From the NCBI GenBank assembly GCA_963735375.1, contig CAVTKS010000006.1, positions 1,178,345 through 1,242,344 on the forward strand: a stretch of DNA of 64,000 bases, in the 5' to 3' direction. Positions 56,249 through 64,000 of the stretch are shown in pieces. The stretch is from an uncultured Acidimicrobiales bacterium (GTDB lineage: Bacteria; Actinomycetota; Acidimicrobiia; Acidimicrobiales; VFJN01). The first letter of the stretch is position 1. Every line of letters starts with the position of its first letter. Below the pieces are notes generated by a model. That model was not told where the DNA came from. It did not search any database and saw nothing but the letters and a program-made list of their open reading frames with translations. Both the position numbers and the translations under genes were made by a program.

Positions 56249-58060
56249 TCAGTCGGTCGCGAGCGACGTGAACGCCGCGTACGAGCAGAGCAGCCCGATC
56301 AGCTGACAGGCGTGATGGCCCAACGACACGCGCTCGCGGTAGAGGTCCTCGGCGCGCTTGGGATGAAGCACTTCCTCGATGAACTCCCGATTGACTGCGA
56401 AGGGAAGCAGATCGAGCAGGCCGAACACACGCTCGCGAAGCGGGCCGGCGTACCAGTCGTCGATCGGCGAATCGACCGGTGACTGCTTCGGCAGGTCGAT
56501 GACCCAGTCGGGCAGCAGCCGATGCCGGCGTACGGTTTCGATGAGCAACGCCTTTCCGGGGTCGCCGGCACGCGTGCCGTTGGGCCGCAGGTACGCCGTC
56601 GGCAGAGCAGTGACGAACGAACGTAGGGCAGGGTGCAGGAATGGCGACAAGTGCACCAGCCCGGTCGCGGCGACTGCACCGTCAGCCTTCGTGCGACTCT
56701 GCCCGGTCATGCTCATGCCGTGGAAGGCAAGCCGTACACGGTCCAGTTCGCGTACGTCGTCGGCGAGACGCAGCCGTGTGTCCGCCGGCGCCTCGACCTG
56801 CACTGGTGGCGTGTCGTCCCGCAGCCGAGCGAGCGCCCGCTCATCGAGGTAGCACGTCGGCAGGTGGCCGCGTGCGGGTTTGGGCAGCAAGAGGCTTCGC
56901 AGCGTGCTCCGACCCATCCGGGCGACATGCCCCAGGTAGCGATCGGCGGCTGCCGTGCCGAGCGCGCCGAGTGCCGCTCGAGCTACAGGCTGCGGCGTCC
57001 GCGCGAGGCTCTCGATGATCCGGGCCCGGGTGTTCACCATCGGGTAGCCGAGGAACACGGCGTCGCACCCGTCGCCGGTGAACACGTGGGTGAACCCCTG
57101 CTCCCGTATCACCTGACTGGCCAACAAGGTGTGCACCTGATAGTGCGGCTGGGGGCCAGGTTGTGGGAACACGTCAGCGAACTTGCTGATCGCATCCATC
57201 ACGCTGTCAGGGGTGATCTTCACCCACGTGTGCGCGGCGCCGATCTGGCGGGAGATCTCCTCGGCGCCACGTTGTTCGTAGCGGGAGTCACCGAACCCGA
57301 ACGTGAAGGTGTGCACCTCGTGGCCAAGCCGGCGTAAGGCGGCCGCGACCAGGGCGGAGTCGAAGCCGCCGAGCAGCACGGCGTGGCGGTCGTCGGGGCG
57401 CGCCTGCTGCTCGACGGCGGCGCTGAACCGGCTGTAGAGCTCGTCGACAGCGCGATCGACCGTCGGAGGAACGTCGGCGGTGGGTGGGACTGGCGGCGGC
57501 GCGACCGCCTCGATGGACTCTTCGCCGAGGCGACGCCGTGTACCCGGGTCGAGCACGCTGATGTCCCCGAAGGGTGTACGCCTGTCGGGGAGGAACCCGA
57601 AGCCGAGGAGGAAGTCCTCGAAGCCACGGTCGACATGTAGATCACCACCGCGCGCTCGGGCGAGGACGCCCAGATGCGACGACACCATCGATCCGCCCTC
57701 AGGAAAGTCGGTGCGGAAGAGCCTGTGATTGCCCCTCCCACCTGCCACGACGACCCTTGCGTCATCTCCCGCCACCGCGACGAGGTCTTCATCGCAGCCA
57801 TCGAGCAGATCGGTAGCGCTACCAATGTCAGACAACGAGCCGGCGATCGCGTGGACGCCCGAACCGTAGGCTGCTGCACCGCAGCCGGGATCGAACCTGC
57901 GTGCGACCGTGGCGCCACCATCTGAGGCGCACGCCACCCACCCATCCCCGGAGGGTGATGACCACTCCTGAAGCGGTTCGGCTCCGATGTGAGCAACCGC
58001 ACGCCGACACAACTCCTTGCGCCGCTGACTGATCCCCAACCCGCCGATGATGATGTTCAC
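56249..58060 (-). CDS. Asparagine synthetase B-like ATP-dependent amidotransferase/ligase lacking the N-terminal catalytic Cys
   Basis: PP-loop variant AVLLGGFDSALVAAAL in an AsnB-type synthetase domain (FTHVFTGDGCDAVFLGYP). The N-terminus is MNIIIGGLG rather than MCG, so the glutaminase nucleophile is absent. Confidence 0.8.
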   Translation of the reverse strand: MNIIIGGLGISQRRKELCRRAVAHIGAEPLQEWSSPSGDGWVACASDGGATVARRFDPGCGAAAYGSGVHAIAGSLSDIGSATDLLDGCDEDLVAVAGDDARVVVAGGRGNHRLFRTDFPEGGSMVSSHLGVLARARGGDLHVDRGFEDFLLGFGFLPDRRTPFGDISVLDPGTRRRLGEESIEAVAPPPVPPTADVPPTVDRAVDELYSRFSAAVEQQARPDDRHAVLLGGFDSALVAAALRRLGHEVHTFTFGFGDSRYEQRGAEEISRQIGAAHTWVKITPDSVMDAISKFADVFPQPGPQPHYQVHTLLASQVIREQGFTHVFTGDGCDAVFLGYPMVNTRARIIESLARTPQPVARAALGALGTAAADRYLGHVARMGRSTLRSLLLPKPARGHLPTCYLDERALARLRDDTPPVQVEAPADTRLRLADDVRELDRVRLAFHGMSMTGQSRTKADGAVAATGLVHLSPFLHPALRSFVTALPTAYLRPNGTRAGDPGKALLIETVRRHRLLPDWVIDLPKQSPVDSPIDDWYAGPLRERVFGLLDLLPFAVNREFIEEVLHPKRAEDLYRERVSLGHHACQLIGLLCSYAAFTSLATD

Positions 58061-58134
58061 CGCGCGTCACGGTAGTACGGCGACCCACCCGCCCCCGAGC
58101 TCTTGCCACTGGGCAAAGGCCGTTCGAGCCGACG

Positions 58135-59358
58135 CTATGACACCATGAGGCGCCTGCTCTCGAGAAGCCCCACCGTCAGGTCTGACGACTGGCTCGAGAG
58201 CTCCTGCAGGCGGACACTCGCTTCCTCGAGCTGTGCGCGCACCTCGTCCGCATGCTGGACGAGCGCGTGGGCCCGCTCGGCGAGGCGTTCGGGCTCCAGG
58301 TCCGTGACCCACGTCGCCCAGGGCCCGATCCCGGCTGCTTCCGCGACGCCCATGGCCTTGTGCTCGTAGGGAATCACAAGAACGGGTGTGGCCGACGAGA
58401 TGGCGAACACGGCTGGGTGGTAGCGCCCCGCGATCACGAAATCGGCGGTTGCGATCAACGACCGTTGCGCCACGCTGTCGAGTGTGTCGGACGCAACCCG
58501 CGTGCGCGCGGCGGCGGCAACCTGGCCGGCCAGTTCCGCGAGATAGGGGGCATCACGGTGAGCCCGACCGTGGAGCTGAGGTAGGAATACCACGGACGTG
58601 GGTTGGCTCTCGCACATCCGATCGATGGCCGCGACCAGCGATCGATCGTGAGGCTCCCGCTGGTCCTGGCCGGGGTCCCGGGCGGCTACGACCAGCAGAC
58701 GTTCGTGTGCGTTTGCGTAGGTGCGACGATCCGCAGGTGCGACGAGGTCCTGCAGCGCAGCGTCGGTCGTCACGGTCGCCTCCATACCGGTGAGTCGGCT
58801 GAGAAGGTCCGCCGATCGCTGTTCCCGCAATGAGATCGAGTCGAACCACCTGAAGCCGCGCCGCCGTACCACGTTGAGCAACCGGTGCTCGAACGGACCG
58901 CACGACGGCGCGTACAACGCGAGCGGACGCTGAGCGCTGCGCGCCATCCAGACGTACAACCAGTGCACCATCTCGTGATCGGCATACAGGTCGCCGAAGT
59001 ACGGGCCACCAGGCGCCGAGACGACGAGATCGGCTACCCCGATCGCCCTGATGATCTCGCGGCCCTTCTTCCCGGCAACGCGAGGAAGCCTGCACCTGAC
59101 GGCATGGAGTGCCGCGAACGCGACCAGGCGTACGTACTCGACGACGGGCAGCCGCATGCTGAGGTAGGTCACGGGGTAGTCGAGCTCTACCTCACTGTCG
59201 GCGTCGGCGAACTGGTGGACGATGGTGAACGCGGGGGCTTTGACGCGGTCGCCGATGCCGCGGACCATGGCCCGCATGGCGGCCTCGTCGCCACGGTTGT
59301 CACCGTGTTGATTCACGACCACGACGTGGGTCGCGTCGTCGCGTGCCCTGGAACTCAT
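58135..59358 (-). CDS. Polysaccharide pyruvyl transferase family protein (CsaB/WcaK-like)
   Basis: HVVVVNQHGDNRGDEAAMRAMV at the N-terminus and IAGRYHPAVFAISSATPVLVIPYEHKAMG near the C-terminus. The start overlaps the upstream stop (ATGA). Confidence 0.8.
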   Translation of the reverse strand: MSSRARDDATHVVVVNQHGDNRGDEAAMRAMVRGIGDRVKAPAFTIVHQFADADSEVELDYPVTYLSMRLPVVEYVRLVAFAALHAVRCRLPRVAGKKGREIIRAIGVADLVVSAPGGPYFGDLYADHEMVHWLYVWMARSAQRPLALYAPSCGPFEHRLLNVVRRRGFRWFDSISLREQRSADLLSRLTGMEATVTTDAALQDLVAPADRRTYANAHERLLVVAARDPGQDQREPHDRSLVAAIDRMCESQPTSVVFLPQLHGRAHRDAPYLAELAGQVAAAARTRVASDTLDSVAQRSLIATADFVIAGRYHPAVFAISSATPVLVIPYEHKAMGVAEAAGIGPWATWVTDLEPERLAERAHALVQHADEVRAQLEEASVRLQELSSQSSDLTVGLLESRRLMVS

Positions 59359-60959
59359 CTTGATCCTGCCTCCACGAGGTCAACGGCATCGCACTGAGCC
59401 ACGGAGCGGGCACGGAGACCAGCCAAGGCGGCTGCTCCCGCCACCGCGACGGCGAGCGCGGTGGCGACGAGGGTTGCCATGGTCAGTGCCACGGGCAGGG
59501 AACTCCACGCCAACACGGCGCGTAGCTGTCCGCCGTAACCCCTACCGTCGTCTGCCCAGTACCCACCAGTGAGCATGGACCAACCCAAGAACACGTGCAG
59601 CCCCACCCCGCCTGCAGCGATAGCGCACGCGACGGGTACAGCATGCGCAGCGAACCTCTTTCCGAGGATTGCCGAGACACCAACGGTGACCAACGCGGCC
59701 AGTGGAACGAGCAATGCGTAGAGGTAGCGCCCCTGGAGCCCGGGAAACGTTCCGTCGCGGAGGTGCGCGGTCCAATTTGTCCGGAACATCAACCCGACCT
59801 GGCCAACGATGAGCAGCGCGAGCAAGCTCGTCGACATCCGGAACCGCCGTCCTCGTAGTATCGCCAGCACGCAGAGTGCGACAGCCGCAACGGTGAGCAG
59901 CGTGATCATCCACGGGGCGAGGGTGATACCGGTGCGCCTGGCCGGCTGGCCCCAGAAGCTGGAGGCCACCCGCGCCACCCAGACACGGCCGAAATCGACG
60001 ACCGACGCGTCGTACCCTGGTGACGGTGTGCGGGTAAAGCCGTTGGGCTGCGCATCCGCGAATCGCACGACGTTGGCGATGAGCCAACTGAACCCGATCG
60101 CTGCCCCAACCCCGACGACCGCGAGGTGGCGCAGACCGGTCGCCGAAGGCCGCCAGCCGTTCGACCGAACCACCGCGATCGCCACGACGAGCACAGCCCA
60201 CACGGCGGCTGTCGCCGCCGTCGTCTTCGATAGCGGGGCGCCCGCACACCCGACAGCGGTGACGACAGCCCACCGCATGCCCCCCCGGTTCAGGTAGGCG
60301 AGCGCACCGACGACCGCGACGCTCGCGAACAACATGGCGAGGCCGTCGTTGTTGACCACCGCACCGATGAACGTCGACATCGGTACCAGCAACGTGACGG
60401 ACGCGGCCACCGCGGTGAATCTCCGGGAGAGGCCGAGCGCCAGGGCGGCTTCGGCCGCGAGCAGCGGGAGGGACACGACGGTGAGCAACGTCAGGAGTCG
60501 GTAGAGGTAGACCTCCCGGTCCCAGCTCCAGGCATCCCCGGGAAGCAGGCTCGTCAGCGACGACGCCGCGGCCATGCCCGCGTAGAACAACGGCGGGTGC
60601 TGCGACATCTGGTTACCCCACGTGCGGGACTCCGGTCCCTCGCCCAACTCGTCGAAGCCCACGCGGTCGGGGCGCGGGACGGCGTCGCTCGTGTGCTGCG
60701 GCGGGCGCGGCATGCCGCCGGGCGACACCAGCCGTTCTGATGTCACCACGGCCGGCGACCACGGTGTGTGCTCGGTCGGGTCGGCGTACCCGGGGTGCGA
60801 CTGGTACCACTTGATCATGTCGACGTGCTGTGCCTCGTCCGGGCCCCGATACGTCGGCACGAGGAGGATGAAGCACAGCCCGAACAGCGCCTTGAGCGCG
60901 AGTACCCACCACACGACCGGGTGATAGCGAACCCACAACCGTCGCAATCGGCTAATCAT
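59355..60959 (-). CDS. GT-C-fold-like polytopic membrane glycosyltransferase candidate (DUF2142/PMT_2-like), paralog 1
   Basis: ORF trimmed to ATG 60959 (MISRLRRLWVRYHPVVWWVLALK). First-loop acidic motif YRGPDEAQHVDM, NQMSQHPPLFY, and more than 10 hydrophobic spans. Confidence 0.6.
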   Translation of the reverse strand: MISRLRRLWVRYHPVVWWVLALKALFGLCFILLVPTYRGPDEAQHVDMIKWYQSHPGYADPTEHTPWSPAVVTSERLVSPGGMPRPPQHTSDAVPRPDRVGFDELGEGPESRTWGNQMSQHPPLFYAGMAAASSLTSLLPGDAWSWDREVYLYRLLTLLTVVSLPLLAAEAALALGLSRRFTAVAASVTLLVPMSTFIGAVVNNDGLAMLFASVAVVGALAYLNRGGMRWAVVTAVGCAGAPLSKTTAATAAVWAVLVVAIAVVRSNGWRPSATGLRHLAVVGVGAAIGFSWLIANVVRFADAQPNGFTRTPSPGYDASVVDFGRVWVARVASSFWGQPARRTGITLAPWMITLLTVAAVALCVLAILRGRRFRMSTSLLALLIVGQVGLMFRTNWTAHLRDGTFPGLQGRYLYALLVPLAALVTVGVSAILGKRFAAHAVPVACAIAAGGVGLHVFLGWSMLTGGYWADDGRGYGGQLRAVLAWSSLPVALTMATLVATALAVAVAGAAALAGLRARSVAQCDAVDLVEAGSR

Positions 60960-61098
60960 TGGCTCCCTGTGACGATGCCCGGCTATTCGGACTCGGCAGC
61001 GACGGACTCGCACAGCGATCGGTCGGTGGACCGTGATGTCTAGGCGGCGCAAACGTGAGTCACAAGTCCTGTCCCCGGGTCCAGCGCCGGCACTGCCG

Positions 61099-63444
61099 AT
61101 GCACGACAGCGTACCGGCGACGTCGATTCCGGGAGGGGAGCTCTCCGGGCTAACGTCGACTGGACCACCGTGTGGCCGCGATGTCCGTCACCGATGCCTC
61201 CGACAGATCCAGCTGGCGACCTTGCTCCCACCCACCACTCCTGACAAGCCGCTGGCGTCCATCCGCCGAGCAGTGCGGTCTGTGCCGCCGGTTGTGTGGC
61301 TCGTCACCGGCCTGCATGTGGCGGTGATGGCGACCTACAGCCTGCTCTACCTGCCGTACACCAATCCCGACGAAGCGCAGCACCACGACATGGTGATGGC
61401 ATGGCGCGACGGCGACGGGCTTGCTGGTCCCGGGGAGCGGTGGATGGCCTCCGGCGTCGGGAACGGCGCGGTTCAATCGCTGACCGTGTTCTTCGACCCG
61501 CCCTTCACCGATGACGCGGTGGTCCCCCGGGGCGAGCGGCCGACGTTCGGCGAGCTGGGCGGCTTTGAGCGTTTCCCGGGCCATGACACGACCCGGCGCA
61601 TCTCGGTCGGCGACCCGTTTCCCAATCAGATGACCCAGCACCCACCGCTGTTCTACGCCCTGATGGCCGGTCTCCTGGTCGTCGTGCCTGGTGACAGCGG
61701 CTGGGCCTGGGACCAGGTGGTCGGGTTCCTTCGGCTCGCCAACGTGGCGATGCTGGCACCGCTCCCTCTGCTCGCGTGGGCCACGGCGCGCCCTCTGTCC
61801 CGTTCGCGTGCCGTTCCCGCCGTGGCGGCGGTCGTGCCACTCCTGATTCCCGGGATCTCCCGGCTCGGCGGGACGATCAACAACGACAATCTGCTCATCC
61901 TGCTCACCGGCATCGTCACGGCCCTCGCGGTGCGTGTGTGTCTCGGCAACCTGGGCGTGCGGTTCGCCGCGGTGGTGGGCGCGGTAACGGGCCTGGCGCT
62001 GTTGACCAAGGGATTCGCCCTCGTCCTCCCGCCCGTCCTCGTTCTTGCCTACCTGACGGGCTGGCGCCGGGGGCGCGGGAGGTTCCCGTGGCAGGCGATG
62101 CTGGCCGCACAAGGAGTGGCGTTCGCGGTCGGCGGGTGGTGGTGGGTACGCAACCTGGTTCGTCACGGGCTCGTCCAACCGGGCGGCTTCGGGGCGGACG
62201 CGCGGGCTCGCATGCGACCGCCAGTGGTTCTCGACTCCGTCGAACGCAACCCGCTCGAGTTCATCGATGGGTTCGTAGCGGAGATGTCACGGCGGATCGT
62301 CGCGTGGCTCGGACTCGTCGAACCACCGTTCTTCCCGTTCCCGCTCGCGCTGTTCATCATGGCGGTCATCGCCGTCGGCGTGGTCCTCGCCTTCGTTGCT
62401 CGGCGGTCTGTGACGCCACTGGGCGTGGCAGCGGTGGCGATCCTGCCGGCACCCCTCGCCCTGGGCATCGTGGCGCGTGGTTCCTACAACAGCTGGTGGA
62501 AGTACCAGCAGTTCAACGGCGTCCAAGGCCGCTACCTCTACCTGGGGATCGTGGGAGTCGCGGTGGTGGCCGCTGCCGGCTGGTCGGCCGCGGTCCGCGC
62601 AAGCGCGAGAACCTGGCTCCCGGTCGGGCTGCTCTTGCTCGCCGGCATCACGCAGGTCGTCGCAGCGACGATCGTTCTCGATACCTATTGGTCGCCCCCT
62701 GGGTCAGGTGGCCTGGGCATGTTCGAACTCAACGACTCGCTGGCGACAATCGCCCGGTGGTCGCCATGGCCGATCGGCCTGACCGCGATCCCGGTTTTGG
62801 CTGTGGTCGTCTTCGCCCCCGCCACCGTCGTCGCCGGTGTTCGTTTCGCTGCCGGCGGTGACGAACCCGATGATCCCCAGAAGGATGGATCGGCCACGGG
62901 GTCCGCGCCTGGCATACCGCCTCGACCCGAGGCCCACGCTGACGTGCCGACCCGGTCGGGGATGGCGTACGTGTGCTTCATCGTCGACGCGTTCACCCGC
63001 CGCATCGTCGGCTGGCGGGTCGCGGCGCACATGCGCACCGAGATGGTCCTCGACGCCCTCGAGATGGCCAGAACGGCCCGCGGCGGCCGCCGGCTGGTCG
63101 GGCTCGTCGCCCACTCCGACGCCGGGTCGCAGTTCACGTCGGTGCGGTTCACCGAACGGCTCGACGAGATCGGCGCCCGACCCTCGATCGGCACCGTCGC
63201 CGACAGCTACGACAACGCCCTGGCCGAGACCACCAACGGGCTCTACAAGACCGAGTGCGTCTACGGGCCCGACACCGACGGCTGGGACGACGTCGACGAG
63301 CTCGAGCTCGCCACCCTCTCGTGGGTGCACTGGTTCAACGAGCACCGGCTCCACAGCCACTGCGACGACGTGCCACCAGCAGAGTTCGAAGCAGCGTTCT
63401 ACGCTGCCCAACAGCCCGACCCCGCCGGGGTTGGAAACCAATAG
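61099..63444 (+). CDS. Chimeric ORF: GT-C-like paralog 2 (to about 62934) read through in frame into an IS3 transposase C-terminal fragment
   Basis: The paralog shares YTNPDEAQHHDM, NQMTQHPPLFY and GTINNDNLLIL with paralog 1. From about 62935 the sequence becomes ADVPTRSGMAYVCFIVDAFTRRIVGW...HSDAGSQF...NALAETTNGLYK (rve/DDE core). The start is uncertain (ATG 61099, or ORF-track 61033). Confidence 0.55.
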   Translation: MHDSVPATSIPGGELSGLTSTGPPCGRDVRHRCLRQIQLATLLPPTTPDKPLASIRRAVRSVPPVVWLVTGLHVAVMATYSLLYLPYTNPDEAQHHDMVMAWRDGDGLAGPGERWMASGVGNGAVQSLTVFFDPPFTDDAVVPRGERPTFGELGGFERFPGHDTTRRISVGDPFPNQMTQHPPLFYALMAGLLVVVPGDSGWAWDQVVGFLRLANVAMLAPLPLLAWATARPLSRSRAVPAVAAVVPLLIPGISRLGGTINNDNLLILLTGIVTALAVRVCLGNLGVRFAAVVGAVTGLALLTKGFALVLPPVLVLAYLTGWRRGRGRFPWQAMLAAQGVAFAVGGWWWVRNLVRHGLVQPGGFGADARARMRPPVVLDSVERNPLEFIDGFVAEMSRRIVAWLGLVEPPFFPFPLALFIMAVIAVGVVLAFVARRSVTPLGVAAVAILPAPLALGIVARGSYNSWWKYQQFNGVQGRYLYLGIVGVAVVAAAGWSAAVRASARTWLPVGLLLLAGITQVVAATIVLDTYWSPPGSGGLGMFELNDSLATIARWSPWPIGLTAIPVLAVVVFAPATVVAGVRFAAGGDEPDDPQKDGSATGSAPGIPPRPEAHADVPTRSGMAYVCFIVDAFTRRIVGWRVAAHMRTEMVLDALEMARTARGGRRLVGLVAHSDAGSQFTSVRFTERLDEIGARPSIGTVADSYDNALAETTNGLYKTECVYGPDTDGWDDVDELELATLSWVHWFNEHRLHSHCDDVPPAEFEAAFYAAQQPDPAGVGNQ

Positions 63445-63516
63445 CCCGAGCCTCCATCAGACCCAGGGCGGTTCAGGCACTCGGCGTCGTGAAGAGTGGG
63501 CCTGGAGTTGCTTTCA
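62935..63516 (+). mobile_element. IS3-family insertion sequence remnant (3' half of orfB; orfA and left end missing)
   Basis: rve integrase core with the second D (HSDAGSQF) and the E (ALAETTNG). The transposase stop is at 63444. A possible right terminal repeat ends ...AGTGGGCCTGGAGTTGCTTTCA at 63516; that boundary is low confidence. Confidence 0.7.
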
Positions 63517-63603
63517 CGTCGACCGAAACGGGGCACCTCCACGTCCGACCCGCGAGGCCGGCATCGCCCGGTGGTCCCAAGCGGAGGCCAACGCCCGCGC
63601 TCC

Positions 63604-64000
63604 TCAGAGGTGCAGGCCGCACTCGGTCTTGTCGATCCCGTCCCAGCGGCCGGCGCGTGGGTCCTCACCAGGGACGACCGGTCGCGTGCACGGCATGCAC
63701 CCGATCGACAGGTAACCACGCTTGATCAATGGGTTGATGGGGACGTCGTGCTGGTCGATGTACCGGCTCACGTCGTCGTTGGTCCAGGCTGCAATGGGGT
63801 TCACCTTGACCAGACCTCGCCCATCCCGCCCGACGATGGGGGCAGAGCGACGGAACGGTGTGTCGACCCGTCGCAGCCCACTCATCCATGCCTGCTTTCC
63901 CGACAGAGCCCGTTCGAGCTCGCTCACCCGGAGCGCCGCACAACAGCCCTCGGGGTCTGTTCGCCACGGCTCCTCGTCCTGTGGCACGGGGGTCATGATC
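63604..64000 (-). CDS. cysH: Phosphoadenosine/adenosine phosphosulfate reductase, C-terminal part (5' end outside window)
   Basis: AWMSGLRRVDTPFRRSAPIV...VKVNPIAAWTNDDVSRYIDQHDVPINPLIKRGYLSIGCMPCTRPV...RAGRW...KTECGLHL. The ORF is open to the window edge. Confidence 0.85.
   Translation of the reverse strand, partial: IMTPVPQDEEPWRTDPEGCCAALRVSELERALSGKQAWMSGLRRVDTPFRRSAPIVGRDGRGLVKVNPIAAWTNDDVSRYIDQHDVPINPLIKRGYLSIGCMPCTRPVVPGEDPRAGRWDGIDKTECGLHL

Noticed and set aside
56249-58060. AsnB-like protein as a lasso-peptide cyclase
   Set aside because: There is no transglutaminase-like protease (B protein), no RRE and no plausible short precursor ORF nearby. The operon partners are polysaccharide enzymes.
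1-64000. CRISPR arrays, tRNA or rRNA genes
   Set aside because: No regularly spaced direct repeats and no T-loop-like GGTTCGAATCC elements were seen in any intergenic gap. The gaps are mostly under 300 nt. This was a by-eye scan only, so tRNAscan or Infernal should confirm it.

Overview
High-GC (roughly 70%) Actinomycetota-type chromosomal segment, densely coding, with about 55 protein genes. I found no rRNA, tRNA or CRISPR array by eye. All family calls come from motif recognition in the supplied translations; no homology search was run.

Gene order, left to right:
- Histidine kinase C-terminus plus NarL-type response regulator, convergent with a MacB/FtsX ABC exporter.
- A frameshifted Rv2258c-like methyltransferase.
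- VapBC pair 1, then a PI-PLC-like lipoprotein.
- A five-gene Dpp/Opp-type peptide ABC importer.
- TetR, Ku and a stand-alone LigD polymerase domain.
- A decay hot spot: MerR stub facing a thioredoxin stub, a DUF222-HNH gene and a DUF2332-like fragment.
- A divergent TetR/MMPL pair.
- A translationally coupled dsbB / tlpA-sco-pcuAC fusion / ctaG-like operon.
- TetR plus a membrane protein, then a 540-nt non-coding gap.
- A second DUF222-HNH gene, a small ORF and a frameshifted GH63-type hydrolase.
- A PPOX-like protein, MetH and a beta-propeller lipoprotein.
- A TetR HTH stub, DUF72, a PduO-type adenosyltransferase, an SDR, a Dabb protein and PepA.
- An ABC-2 exporter and a GH84 lipoprotein preceded by a nested repeat structure.
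- A hypothetical protein divergent from a sirtuin, then a flippase-like membrane protein.
- VapBC pair 2, a rhodanese-ThiF enzyme and a secreted 45-aa-repeat protein.
- A visibly lower-GC envelope-glycan island: UPF0104 protein, Cys-less AsnB-like enzyme, pyruvyl transferase and two divergent GT-C-like paralogs. It ends in an IS3 transposase remnant fused in frame to the last gene.
- cysH, partial at the window edge.

Best candidates for something undescribed:
1. The 55.2-63.0 kb glycan-modification island.
2. The three-domain TlpA-Sco-PCuAC fusion, which has a topology problem.
3. The four-copy nested inverted repeat burying the GH84 start codon.
4. The unusual density of gene stubs and frameshifts, including a head-on MerR/thioredoxin junction.
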